Assembly: GCA_021432655.1 (NCBI GenBank)
Contig: MU271287.1
Location: 55,631 to 106,414, forward strand
Source: Atractiella rhizophila
Lineage: Eukaryota
Reading direction: 5' to 3'
DNA length: 50,784 bases
Shown here piece by piece: positions 22,506 through 34,700 of this stretch. Within the stretch, counting starts at the first letter, position 1. The number at the start of each line of letters is the position of its first letter. The translations under genes and the position numbers were made by a program. The notes below the pieces were generated by a model. That model worked only from the letters and a program-made list of their open reading frames with translations. It had not been told where the DNA came from and did no database searches.

Positions 22506-23429
22506 TCACTCAGGCTCATTGAATCTCCTCAACAATTCCTTTTGCTGCATTTCCTCCAACTTTACTTTCAACCTCACATCTTTAGCTTTCACAATCTTCT
22601 CTTTCTCCTTCCCTCCCACATCCTCCTTCCGTTTATCAATCCACGCCCCCTTCTTCTCCTCAGCCAATCCTCCACGTCCTTCTCGCACCCACGCACGAAC
22701 GGGCACCTTCCTCCCTTCCCCCTCTCTACCCAATCCATCTCCTTCTTTCCATCCAAGACCTGCAAGCATTTTCCAGCCTAAATTTGTGCTCTTCAGCCCG
22801 TATTGTGCCGTCATTTCGACAGAGGGAGCGGTGGCGAGGAGATGAGATATTGAGGTGGCGTGCGTAGTGGCGGAGTCGATCGTGGTGTTGCAGCTTGGAC
22901 AGATTGGGAGTGGCACATCTCCCGTTGATGGTGTGGGAGATGAAGATGGCTTTGGAGCTGCGTGTATCGTGGTAGAGAGGTAAACGATGTCGTCGTCTTC
23001 TTCGACAGCCTCCGATGGCGATAACTCCCGCCCTAGTTCCAATGATGCAGAGATTATCTGAATCTCGTCGTTGTCGTCCCACTCCTTCTTCTTCCCTCCC
23101 TCTTTCCTCGTTGCATGCCGAACCTCCTTAACGAACATAACCTCCTCTTCCTCTCGCTTCCGCTTTCTCGCTGCATCTTCTAAAGGCACCTCCTCATATA
23201 GTTCCTTTCCAATGACTCCCGCCCCGTTGGTACCAGAAATTGGTGGGGTGTCGACGGTGGAAAGGTTCTTGCTCGATGAAGAGACGAATTTGATGGGGTG
23301 CAGGAACCGAGGTCGATTCCCTCCCTCCCTCTCGGTCGCACGCCACTCGCGCTCAATTTCTAGTTCGTCGGCTGACTCTTCGCTGTGTCTTGCAGAGAGA
23401 GTATTATCGGGAGAGCGCAATCTATGCAT
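22506..23429 (-). CDS. G-patch domain protein (GPANK1-like), copy 2
   Basis: Intact counterpart of 19356-20282 with the same finger and G-patch. The ATG is placed by homology; the ORF is open further upstream to 23567. Confidence 0.85.
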   Translation of the reverse strand: MHRLRSPDNTLSARHSEESADELEIEREWRATEREGGNRPRFLHPIKFVSSSSKNLSTVDTPPISGTNGAGVIGKELYEEVPLEDAARKRKREEEEVMFVKEVRHATRKEGGKKKEWDDNDEIQIISASLELGRELSPSEAVEEDDDIVYLSTTIHAAPKPSSSPTPSTGDVPLPICPSCNTTIDSATTHATSISHLLATAPSVEMTAQYGLKSTNLGWKMLAGLGWKEGDGLGREGEGRKVPVRAWVREGRGGLAEEKKGAWIDKRKEDVGGKEKEKIVKAKDVRLKVKLEEMQQKELLRRFNEPE

Positions 23430-24366
23430 GTTGCTGTGGTCAAAGCTTGAGAGGAGGGGCAACATCATTATCCGATAGTTCCGAATCACGGATTCCATTT
23501 TTGAAATTCGTCTCTCTGGGTCAAACAAAACAGGACCAGAATACAGTAGCAGAAGGATAACCTGCAAGATAACATAAGAGCTCAGTATTTATTCCCGTTC
23601 ACCATCCTTAAAGATGATGTTGGCCAAAATGAATGGGAGAAAGGTGGCTCTGTTGTTCATAATGACTTTGGGACTCGTTCTTGCTTCGGATCAAAGGTGG
23701 GTTTCGCTGCTGCACTATTACGAAGGGGCTTGAGAGTGAGTGATTGATTGATATCGATTGATGGGTGGGTCCACGTTTCTGAAAATGAGTTCTGTATTAT
23801 TCTCGTTGACCACGAGCCACGCAGCTTCGTCAGAGATGCCCCATGCTTATGCCTGGCTGTCAGGCTACCACTGTTCCCTGAGTTCTCATGATAAATGTTC
23901 AGAGTCGATGCTCACATGTATGACCAATATCGAGCGTGATACCGAAACTCGTAGTCCTCATCCTTTGACAGGATAACACCGACTAGCCGCCAAATGAGAG
24001 AGTAGCTATGCTCAAATTGCCATTTGGTCAAAGAGCACGTAACACGTCACCACGAGGCTGCTCGCTGCAGTGCTCGCTCTTAAGAGCAATCTCAGATGCA
24101 GAGGTGCGGAGGCTCGAAGGCTGTCGCACCGTTTGTGCCGTCTTTGCTTGGGGTCAATATAGTCCTTCCCCACAGTGTATGATTCTCCCCACGTCCTAAC
24201 GAATCGACTCAAAGTCGTTACATGAGGCGTATGGCATTCTAAACGTCATTCGCTAGCATGAGGGGATGCCAGGCTAGCTATTTGGGGCTCGTCCAGCTCT
24301 TACTTAAAGAGGATGCCGTCCTGCAATTTGAATGTGTGCCTTCCTGCACTTAAGAACTCGACAAGT

Positions 24367-26314
24367 ATGAGGCAGACGGCTCTTTTTCTAACCACTTTAG
24401 CTAGTTACTTTTCGATTGGAACCGCTGAAGTTGCTCAAGATGGACACACTGGGAAGTTACCTGCTTTAGGATGGAATAGGTGAATGCTTTTCCTCTGCCT
24501 TAGCTCCGCTGCTAAATCATATGTTGTAAGCTGGAACGCATATCATTGTGCGACTATCTCTCTTTGAGGGGTCAACGGCTAAACCGCAGACATGACATAA
24601 GGCGATATCACGGCAGAGAAGTTTCTGTCGGCCGCTCAAAAACTGGTTGATTTAGGACTCAAAGATGCAGGATATGAATATGTAAACAGTAAGCCCCGTC
24701 TCTGCCTCACAGTAGATCAAACGCAGTAATTCTTCATAGTTGACGATTGTTGGTCCGAGAAGGAGAGAGATTCGAAGACACAGCGAATTGTCGTCAATTC
24801 GACGAGGTTCCCTGATGGCATCAATGGACTCGCGGACCAGGTGCATGCATTGGGACTAAAGATTGGGATTTACTCGTCCGCTGGTACGTCAACATCCATC
24901 GTTGATGATGCTGAGCTCAAGCTGAGTACTTTCAGGGACACTGACGTGCGCTGGATATCCTGCAAGGTTTGTAGTTCAATCGTTGCAACCCGTTCTCGCT
25001 CTCTGACTCGACGCGCCTCAGTCTTGAGTTCGAAGACGTGGATGCTGAGACATGGGCAGAATGGGGGATCGATTGTTTGCTTTCTTCTCCTCCATGGCTT
25101 TTACCACATTTGACGACGAGGTATAATAGACCTAAAATACGACAACTGCAACGTCCCAACCGACTGGCAAGACGAATATGTCTATTGTCATCCAGACCAC
25201 GTCAAGGCAGGTGCGAATGGTACGTGTTCTCGTGACACTGTACCCAACCTGGTACGCCGCCGATACTTCTTCGGTAAATTAGCGAAATAATATTTGTTCA
25301 GGCACCGGATGGGTATGACTGGTCGAAATCAAAATCGGCGGAGCGTTATCGCCGGATGAGGGACGCTTTGAACGCACAGAAACGCACCATCTTCTACTCT
25401 CTTTGCTCCTGGGGAACTGCAGACGTTTTCAGTTGGGGAAATGCCACGTCTCAATCCTGGCGGATGAGGTTCGTCTCCGTCTCAACTTGTAGTTGCACGA
25501 TTAGGAATGATGTGATTTCTTCAGCGGTGATATCTCCGCGAAATGGACGAAAGTGAAACATATACTTAACATTAACTCGTTTAAACTGAACTCAGTGGAC
25601 TTTTGGGGACACAATGACGCTGATATGCTGGAAGTAAGCATATTATTTCCTTTCAAAGCCTCAAGGCCCTCTAACCGTAGTCGTCGTGCAGGTTAACAAC
25701 GGAAATCTCACCCTAGTCAGTCGATTTCAATCCACCTTCCGGATCACAAGACATGGTAGTAGGCCGAACAACGCACGCACTTCGCCCTTTGGGCAGCGAT
25801 GAAGTCACCTCTGCTGATAGGCACCGACGTAAGTGACGGCTTGCACTTCACAACTCTCCATTCTGACGCCTAGGTCCTGGCAGCTCGCAACGATATCTAG
25901 TGACGAGGTAGCAATACTCGCGAACAAGCACCTCCTCGCATTCTCTCAAGATCCAGTGAATGGAAAGCCAGCCACTCCCTATAAATGGGGTACCAACGCT
26001 GATTGGACCTACAACGATACGTTCCCAGCCGAATACTGTACGCGTCTCGAGCTTGGTCATCCCGTCGTTAACTAACCAAAAATGTAGGGTCTGGAAAGTG
26101 TAAGGAAGGGACGATGGTCTTGTTATTTAATCCTTACGACGTAGCGACTTCCAAATCTGCACTCTGGTCCGAAGTTCCGGGGTTGAAAGGCCACAAGTCG
26201 TACTCTTTGAAGGACGCTTGGACAGGCCGAAATCTCGGTTGTGTCGCTTCTAACTATACGGTTACAGTAGCGGCTCATGATACAGCCGTGATCATTGTTG
26301 GGAAGGCTTGTTAA
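24367..26314 (+). CDS. Secreted alpha-galactosidase, glycoside hydrolase family 27, many short exons
   Basis: Signal peptide [20 protein letters not shown], then [83 protein letters not shown] and C-terminal [15 protein letters not shown]. Confidence 0.93.
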
Positions 26315-26792
26315 GTCAATTCTGAACTCTGCCTCGCCTAAATCGGCTTGATTGGATTAAAACAACGGATGCTGTATCAAGAACCTCCTTGTAGCTGAAA
26401 AACAGCTTGGAATTGTATTAAATACCTGCAATGATGAAACCGAGAAACTGTCGCAACATGAACTACCAGGCGCCACATATGAATCCGTATTATTTAAAGG
26501 CGGTTTTCATGCCTTTCTCCTTTCTCCCTTAGATTTTCCCACAGTTACTCTCGTTGCCCTTTCAAAACTAAGGGTTTGTTGCTCATTTGATTCGACAACT
26601 ACGGCAAAGTGTTGCACCGCCACGCGGCCGCCACCTAAGCCAAGTGGACAGACGTTGAACGACAGCGAGAGACCAGGGATATTACAGCGGTCAAGACTTA
26701 GGATATAATACACAATGGGGATCGATAAGAATTTTGTGTGTCTTCCGTCCAATTGTTGCGCGCACTGCTAGACACCGGCTGTTTGATCGCGA

Positions 26793-28603
26793 ATGCTGAC
26801 GTTCTTGCTCTGGCGAATTGGATTGATCAAGTTACCATCGTGCCCACCAACAGAACCAGCACCATCCGCATCTCGTACATGTAAACAGGAGGTCGTTCTG
26901 CTCTCTCTTCCACCAGAACTTCTCTCGCACATCCTCTCCTTTGTCTCGCCATTCTCCCATCCTCACCTGCTTGTCCCAGCCCATTCGGCTATTGGTCTGT
27001 CCCAAAGGTATCAAACTTACTCCAACTTGTCCCTTGTATGCCACGCCTTTCTGCCCATCGCTCAGAAGGAACTGTACACCCATCTCTCGTTCTCCCTGTC
27101 TCGATCAACAAGAATCTCAGCCTTTGCAAGCACCCTTCGTTCGAACCCATCCATAGGTGTCGAAGGAAGGACACTGAAGCTCACGATCGATGCGCCTTTC
27201 ACGGTCGCTGAGGATGATGACAGGGTAGAGGAGGAGGAAGTGAAGAAAGAGGAAGAGAGATTGAAGAAGGAGGACGAAAGGATGAAGGATGACATCAGGC
27301 TCATCGCGAAGAGATTGGAGAGATTGAGGGATCTTCAAATACGAGTTTCGTTGCCCTTTTTCCTGGATGCGACGATTGAATTGCTGGAGCCGCTGAGCAG
27401 GAGCATCACATCTTTCTCTGCGGATGCAGAATCGTGCGTCCTCCACCTTCTCTTGCACACTTTCAGAATGACTTATGTTCTTTGAAATTTGGCGTGTGAA
27501 GGGAGTCGACGGAATTCGACGATCCCATTACTCCGCTCTTCACATTCCTCTCACATTCCATCCATCTCCTCTCCGTTTCATTAAACAACTTCATTTTCGT
27601 GGATCCTTCCTTAGCCCTCATCTCCGGCACATTATTGCCTCCTACCTACAACCTCCGGTCCCTGTTCCTCAATAACATCTATTATCGATCAGGCGCCGAA
27701 AGGGATTTCACGGAACGCTGGCTTCTCGGGAAGTCTTATGTCATGTCGGATGGCCGGAGGAATGGAGGAAGTCAACTTCGGACAGACGATGTGGAGGAAG
27801 AAGGATTGGAGAACCTGACGCTGAATTGGGCCACATCCGTCAACCTCGCCTACGAAACCTCACGAACGCTCCGAAGATTGGATCTGACCCACCTATCCAC
27901 GAACTCCCTTCCTCTTCGCTCGAAGGATCAGGCTCTGAAAGCCAACTTTCCGCTCCTCCACGAACTCAAAGTCACCCTCGTCGACCTTGCCGCTGTCGGA
28001 GAGTTTCTCACCGGTATTCCTACCTTCGCAACCTACGGAACGATAGCTTCAACAGTTCCCTCCCCCACAGTAAGTGGAAAGCGAAACCCAAGATTCCCCT
28101 CTCTCCGCACCATCATCGTCCACATTCACCCCACCACTTTACGCTCCTCTTCCTTAACCAACATCAGCTTCGCTCGCCAGTCCCTCCTGTACCTCCTCCT
28201 ACACAAACCTGCACTCGCTCCGTCCCTCTCCCACCTCATCGGGGTAGTGAACCAGTACGACCTCTTGAACGACTATTTTCTTCTAGAAGATGTGGACGGT
28301 TTCGAAAATTGGTGGATGGAGATGGAGCCGAGTTCAACTCGACAAACAGACGTGAACGAGGCTGGAAGAGCGAAGGAAGGAGAGGAGAAAATGACGGTGC
28401 AGTTAAGGTGGCCGGCGTGTGTGGATGAGATGAAAGAGATTAGGGAGAAGGAGAACATAATGATGCGTCAGAAGTGGAGGAGCAGGGAAGTCTTTGCCCC
28501 CGGAGAAGCAGATGAGGATGGAGCAGGAAGTTGGGTTGGGGACGTTGATGCGGAGGTTGAGCAGTTGGTCAGGGTGGCAGAGGCAGCAGATTTAGGTGCC
28601 TGA
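26793..28603 (+). CDS. F-box-like/RNI-like protein (2 exons)
   Basis: F-box LLSLPPELLSHILSFV...LSLVCHAFLPIAQKELY. Intron 27434-27501 (GTGCGT..AAG) joins it in frame to ORF 27599-28603. Confidence 0.75.
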
Positions 28604-28822
28604 GCAGTCTGTTTTACGAGGACCAATTGGCACCATTTGATAAGGAATATTGTTGGAAGATATAACAACGAAAGGTTCTGTGTTCTGGTTGTATTGTTTA
28701 CCGTTTCAAATGTAATGCAACAAATCATTTGCATTTTTATCCACGGGATATGCGACACTATTTACAGGGGAAAGTCCAAGTCAATCTTGCAAAGCTCATT
28801 TAACCAGTACTTAGATTGAAGT

Positions 28823-30327
28823 TTAGAGTCCAGCTATACTTAAGGATCGACGTCTCATGGATCTCAGGTTCCTGTTTGTATCGAAATTCTCCCAAAAAAA
28901 CAGAGAGTCGCCATTCCCCAGCGCATCGTCTTGGTCAATTATCCAAAGATCCACCGACTGGCCACCTCCCGCGCAGAACGCGCAGAACACAGTTCCCGAG
29001 CTCCAAGGATCGTATTGAAGCGGATACACGGACTTTTCCCCGTAGCGCTCGTTGAACGATTGGACGGAGGATATCCTTAGTGAGGTTTGGAATGTCCCTA
29101 GGGCTTCGCAGAACCAGGAGGTAGAAAAGTCACAGTCTCCGAAGAAGGGTTTCAGCTGTACAATCAAACCTTCACTGAGCCAGTACCCCTGGATTTGAGT
29201 CACAGCTTGTAGGAACTCAAGGATTGAGCTCGCTGGAAGGTGACAGTAAAGCAAAACAAGTTCTGACAGGTGGTGCCAGTCAGCTTTGACACCGAGAAAT
29301 CGATCCGAAATAAGACGCGAGTGCTCCACTCCTCCATCGAGGTAGAGTGTGCCATTCAATCGATAGGAGAGCATGAGAAGGAGGTCTTCGTCGAGATGTT
29401 TCGCCAAACCCAACACTTCCTCGCTTTCATCACTGTCAAAAAGCTTCTGAAAAGCGCAACAAAGATGATGCGGACCAATGTTTCTCAATAAGTGCCGAAA
29501 CCCAGCGGCCGTAAGCGAGGGGTGAAATGAGCTGAATCTCAGTGTCCTAGCATATGGAAGCTCCGTATTGAACAACGTTGTCGATACTCCGAACCCGTCG
29601 ACATCCTCATCGCTCAGGTGACATCGAAGTAACGCAAGACTTTCACTTGGGGATGGAAAAAACCATCGTGCCTGTGGCGGCGAAGGAATCAGCCCGCATA
29701 TCATCTTATCTTGGATCTTCTGTGACAAGATGAGGAGGATATGCTGTAGAGATAATGCAGCTTGCTGGTTCCGAAAGTGAAGTCTCAAAGATGCCAGGCC
29801 GTCGGTAGAAATAGATATCAACGTATCCTCCAGATCAAAACCGTCCCACGGAAGGTTAAAGATTTGCACTTTGGTATCGCCCGGATGTGTCGCCACAGCT
29901 CGCAGTAAATCGAGCCAAGACCCACTGGACGGTGGATGGGGAAGACCCAGGTTCAACCATTCGTCCTTCCTCCACCACATGAACCCATATTCCACCGCCA
30001 TGTTCCTGAGGTAACCAATGTTCAGGGCATAGGCGGAAAAGTGGTTAGCAAAACTATTGCTGTAATCTCGAATAGCAGAGAGTGCGACTTTGCTGAAAAC
30101 AACGGATATCCGTCGAAATCTGCAAAAACGTGTAATAAAATCTTGATTCAAATCCTCGACGATAGAGACTTGAGGTACAGAAAAATGAAATATTTGGAAC
30201 AGCAACTCGTTTGGTAGGAGGGCAATTGGCGATGTCTGGGGAAGGCGACCTGGAAAAGGCAACCTTCAACAGAATCACCAACGTCTTACAAAAGGTGACG
30301 TACGCAGAAGCGGCTTAGGTTCGTCAT
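28823..30327 (-). CDS. F-box-like protein, LDGG family member (intact)
   Basis: 479-codon open frame with PIALLPNELLFQIF and TLYLDGGVEHSRLISDRFL. The ATG probably lies on a short upstream exon (~30327), so the start is uncertain. Confidence 0.72.
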
Positions 30328-31721
30328 GTTGGAGATGGTAAAAATCGTTTCCCAACCCCAAAATCTTGAACAAATCATCGGCATGCAAAATCTCTCTGCC
30401 CTTCCTGCGCAGCGCAGGTTCAATGACTAATGCCATAATTTAATCCGAAGGTGGGATTAACAGGTGGGCAGTTGCTATGTCGGACCTGGGCTTCACAGAC
30501 CTGGGGTGCAAGATGCGAGTGCTGCTGTTGCTGTTGTCTTCTGTAGGGACAATCAATGACAAACGAAATCAGAGACACCAGACCAGAGCAAACAATGTGG
30601 TATTCAGAAGGAACATCATCAGAACAGGGTACGACGCCGGCAAGTGATCTGTATTAAGAAATTTAGATTGGCTATGTCAAGAGAAAGCCAAGTAGGGCTC
30701 AGAGAGCTTTTTGGACTAGTTAGAACAATGCACCCTACGGTGTCGCACCCTCTGAACCCATATCACAAACAGCGTAAGTGAGAAATCTGCGACAGTTGGA
30801 CGCCTCAGTACTCAGTGTTCAACGGTCCTGCGTGCAAAATCCAGCTCCCTTCCACACGTTCCAAAGCAAGAATTACATTTAGAGTCGCACAGTCAAGCTC
30901 CAATGACGCTTTCTACTACCACATGACTTTACTTCGCGACTAGAGTGTCTCGTGCTGTTGACACCAAGCCTCACGAAGAGCCAACCGTGCGAAGCACCTT
31001 GCGCAGCACAGCCAGGACCACCAAACCGACGACCGGTTAACTGTAAGAGCCTGACGATTTCATAGCTTGAGTAAAGGTGGAGTAAACACGCTCTCCAGTG
31101 CAAGTTCTCAGTAAATAAGTGAGCGGAACCGCATTTGAGTGGTGGCGCGACTGTCTTCTTCATTCACATTCACTTCGCCGCTTATCAATTTAACCCAGCT
31201 GAAGCTCATTGGCATCACTGAAAGCGTCATCTCATTCCCATACGCATATGGCCAAATCATTGCACACTTTGTAGATCTCAGGATGATGTTTGTGACTGCA
31301 ACTCAATAAAGAAGGCCCATTCCCTCCCGCTGATATAGAGTTCAGATTCGGCACCACTCACCCACAATTCTTGAACCTGGAGTTCTTCCCTCTTCCTTCT
31401 GATCCCCACAGCCAGCGTGGTTGCCACCTTCTCTCAATATCAGTTGTTGATAACCCAAATCGCAGTCGAAGTCGTGCTCGCTGTGCACAAAGACAGAAGC
31501 GAGCAGAAGTGGGATTTGGCTCGTCGCATCCGTCGATCTTCCGAAAAATCATTCGATCGCCGATTCCACCGGCTCAACTTCCAACGCTTGACGACTTTGT
31601 TTCACTTTTCATCTTCTTCCTCTTCTCATCAGCATCAGCAGCTCCTCCCTCCCTCTGCGTCCATCTGTCCCCTCTCCAATCCTGAAGGCAACGCAAATCT
31701 GTAACGAAGCGAGCAGGGAAC

Positions 31722-34700
31722 ATGTCTACCCTCGCCTACCCTACGCTTCCCCTCACCAGCTCTTCACTTTCGAAATGGACGAAATTTGCAGAGGTGAAAG
31801 GTGGGATTGGAAAAGCTGTAGCTGTCAAAGATAAAGAGGCGGAGGAGGAAGGAGATTTGATGTTTATGAGTGGAGAGGAGGTGGTGGTGCTTTGTGAGAT
31901 GGGCGAAGGGAAGTGGTTGGTACGTTTTTTTACCTTGTTTATATGTTATTGCTTGGTTGTGCGGATTATGGCAGGAATGAGGCCGTTTGAAGTTTCTGTG
32001 TATCTCCGCTTCAAAGTAGCTACAGTCCCTTGTTGCGTCGCTTCTGTCACCGCGGAATACCTTGCATTTTCCACGTTTGACAGGTTTAAGGAGCACTTGC
32101 TGTCTCTTTCTGAGAAGGCAAGGGAGAGATTGGAAGCAGAATATACCCGCAGCCGCATATGGAGTGCATGTCGTTTCCGCGGACCAGAGCCAATTGAAGC
32201 TGTAGTCAAGGATGACGAGAGTAGCAAGAAAGCCTTTTCCGTTCTTAAAGTGGAGAAGCAACCGACTTTTAGAATGCCAAGCAGCGTATGTCTTTTGTGC
32301 CGTATCCACACATCCAAATGCGAGGTTGTCTGCGCGCCTCGCTGGAATTTCAAACAACTGTCTTGTAACAAAAACGAATGTGCAAGTGTGCAGCAGGCGC
32401 ATTTCCTCAGTGCTGCAAGCATGAGCTTTTGCTCCACTTTTTTTTCCGCGTTTGCTTGAGACCGGGAAGGAAGCAAGAATGTTCTGACCTCCCACATCTC
32501 CTGCTTCTTTCTTCTCTCCTCTTCGAATCAGGCTATCACTGTTGCCATCGATTTTGCCAAATTTCTTGCTTGGAGATAATTTGTCCATACGTGGGCTGAG
32601 AGCAGAGCAGCTAGATGGATCTCATAATGAGGATGAATCTTTCTGTGATCTTTCTGTGGACGTCCGATCGAACGTCATAGTTCGCCTCTATCTTCCATAC
32701 ATTCATTCCACCCATTTTCACAGTCATTTTGCAATCGGCAAAGAGTCGGATCGGTTGCACGATCATCTGTAGTCGTCTCTGTGATGGGTACACGCGTGAC
32801 AGAAAGAGATGATGATAAGTATTCTAACGGTTGTTGAAGTCAAGCATGATAGAGGCACGATAGCGAGAGAGTAGTGGTGAGTGCTGCACCTCACGAGGAT
32901 TTAATTTATCCCCCACGCGAGAAGCAAACTGTTGGAGTTGCGTGCCATGTTGTCCACTTCCTATCTCTTCGCTCTTCGCTCCATTTCCCTGATAGGAAAC
33001 ATCTTGTAATCATCACTTAGCAGAGCTAAATCAGTTTGGAACCATGAATTCTTGGTTCTTTCGGAAACAATGTATGCTGACGCTCCTGCTGGTGACAGGG
33101 CTACTGTGAAGGAGTGATCGGACGCTTCCTCTCTACCGATGTACGATTCACTACCAAGCTCAAGAAAGCAGTCTTTACACGATCACGTTCATCCTCGTCG
33201 GCTGCTTACACATCGTCCTCAAAGCCTTCTTTCCAACCTCCAGCTTCGGCACTGGTGCCATCTACAGATGTCAGGTCTCGAGAAATGGAAAACACTGCAA
33301 CGGATGATACGGTGAGAGGTTCACCAAGGCTGAGGAAGGTGAGCTTGGAGGAGGAGAAGGAGGCGCGGAGGCGGAACTTTGAAGATTATTCGTCGCCTCC
33401 TTCGACTTCAACAGGCGAACCATTGACGGCAGCAGATCGCCAATACGCAGCATCCCTCCCACCGAAACAATTCACAGCTAGCAACGCCAGTCTGCGAGCG
33501 GTACCAAAGGAGGATTACGAGACTCCTCCCCTCAGGTCCGTGCCAACGATGGGATTGAGCGCTTCGCCAGCGAACTCGAATTTCAGCCTTTCTCCAACGT
33601 TCTCGCACCATTCTCCCAGTCCACCTGCTCTCATATCCTCCCCTCCACGTTCAACCGTACCGCTTTCCTCTCCTTCGCGCTCCAATGTGCCCCTTCCATC
33701 GCCCCGCGCAAGCGGTTTACCCTCCCCAGCCAGCTTTGGGAGAAGACAAAACTCGGACTCGTCTGCTCCACCCATCTCACCCTTACCATCGACGCTCAAC
33801 TCCCCGCCTGTGGTCTCGTCCCCCATCTCCTCTTTAGGCGCTTCTCCACGGCCATCACCTAGAGGGGCTACTTTTGAGAAGGACGAAGAAGAAAGTAATC
33901 TACCATACGACGGCATCGACGACGTGGTAAAGGTGACAGGACCTAGTCCACGGATGGAGTCGAAAGAGATTACCCGGGGTGGAGAAGAGGCGAGAGAGGG
34001 AGAGAGGACGGATAGGTTGTCCCCAGAGCTCGTTATGAGTCGACCATCACGCTCGAGTAGCGCGGAGAGAAGTCCAGTGTCGAGCGATAGTGGACATTCA
34101 CATGGAGCTGTTGTTGCGAGGCCGGCGAGGTCGAGCTCGAGGATTGCGGAACCATTTGGTCCGGTCTCCCCTTCTGCTCCATCCTCGATCACGAACGACC
34201 AACCTCCAAACTCTTCGTATGGGACCCAGCCGGCCCCTTCCACTCGTTCGATATTGAATAAGAACTATGAGAAGAGGATGTCGAGGAAAAACCTCCATCC
34301 AAGGATGTTGGGCACAGGGATGGGACGAGAAAAGAGAATCAGTAGGATGAGCGTGGATGACGACGATGGAGTCGGGGAGACGTTTCAGTTTGACGACGAG
34401 GATGAGGAGGACGGCGGTGGCATGTGGACATCTCTTGTTAAAGGCATGCTTCAACCTACATCGCCTGATACGGCTGGATCAGGAGCGGATTGGAAGGAAG
34501 AACAGGAAAAGCATTTGAGTAGGTACTCGCTTCTGCTACGACTGCTGGTATTGAATTGCTTGGTTTAGGACCGAATGAGTCGCCCCACGAGTTCCTAGTG
34601 CCTCAACCCGTCGCTTCTTCGACGTCAACACCAACAAGTTCACAACATCTTCCTCAAACAGATATCGCTGTTCACCTTCACCCTGGGACAGACAATGCGC

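Larger units (their letters stand above)
21201..24345. repeat. Tandem duplication unit B' (~3.14 kb)
   Basis: Same termini as unit B. Substitutions and small indels are concentrated in and around the G-patch gene. Confidence 0.95.

Noticed and set aside
14408..24345. LTRs/transposon or RIP-mutated repeats
   Set aside because: The repeats contain host genes, with no TG..CA termini, target-site duplications or RT/transposase ORF. Substitutions run in both directions rather than one-sided C>T.
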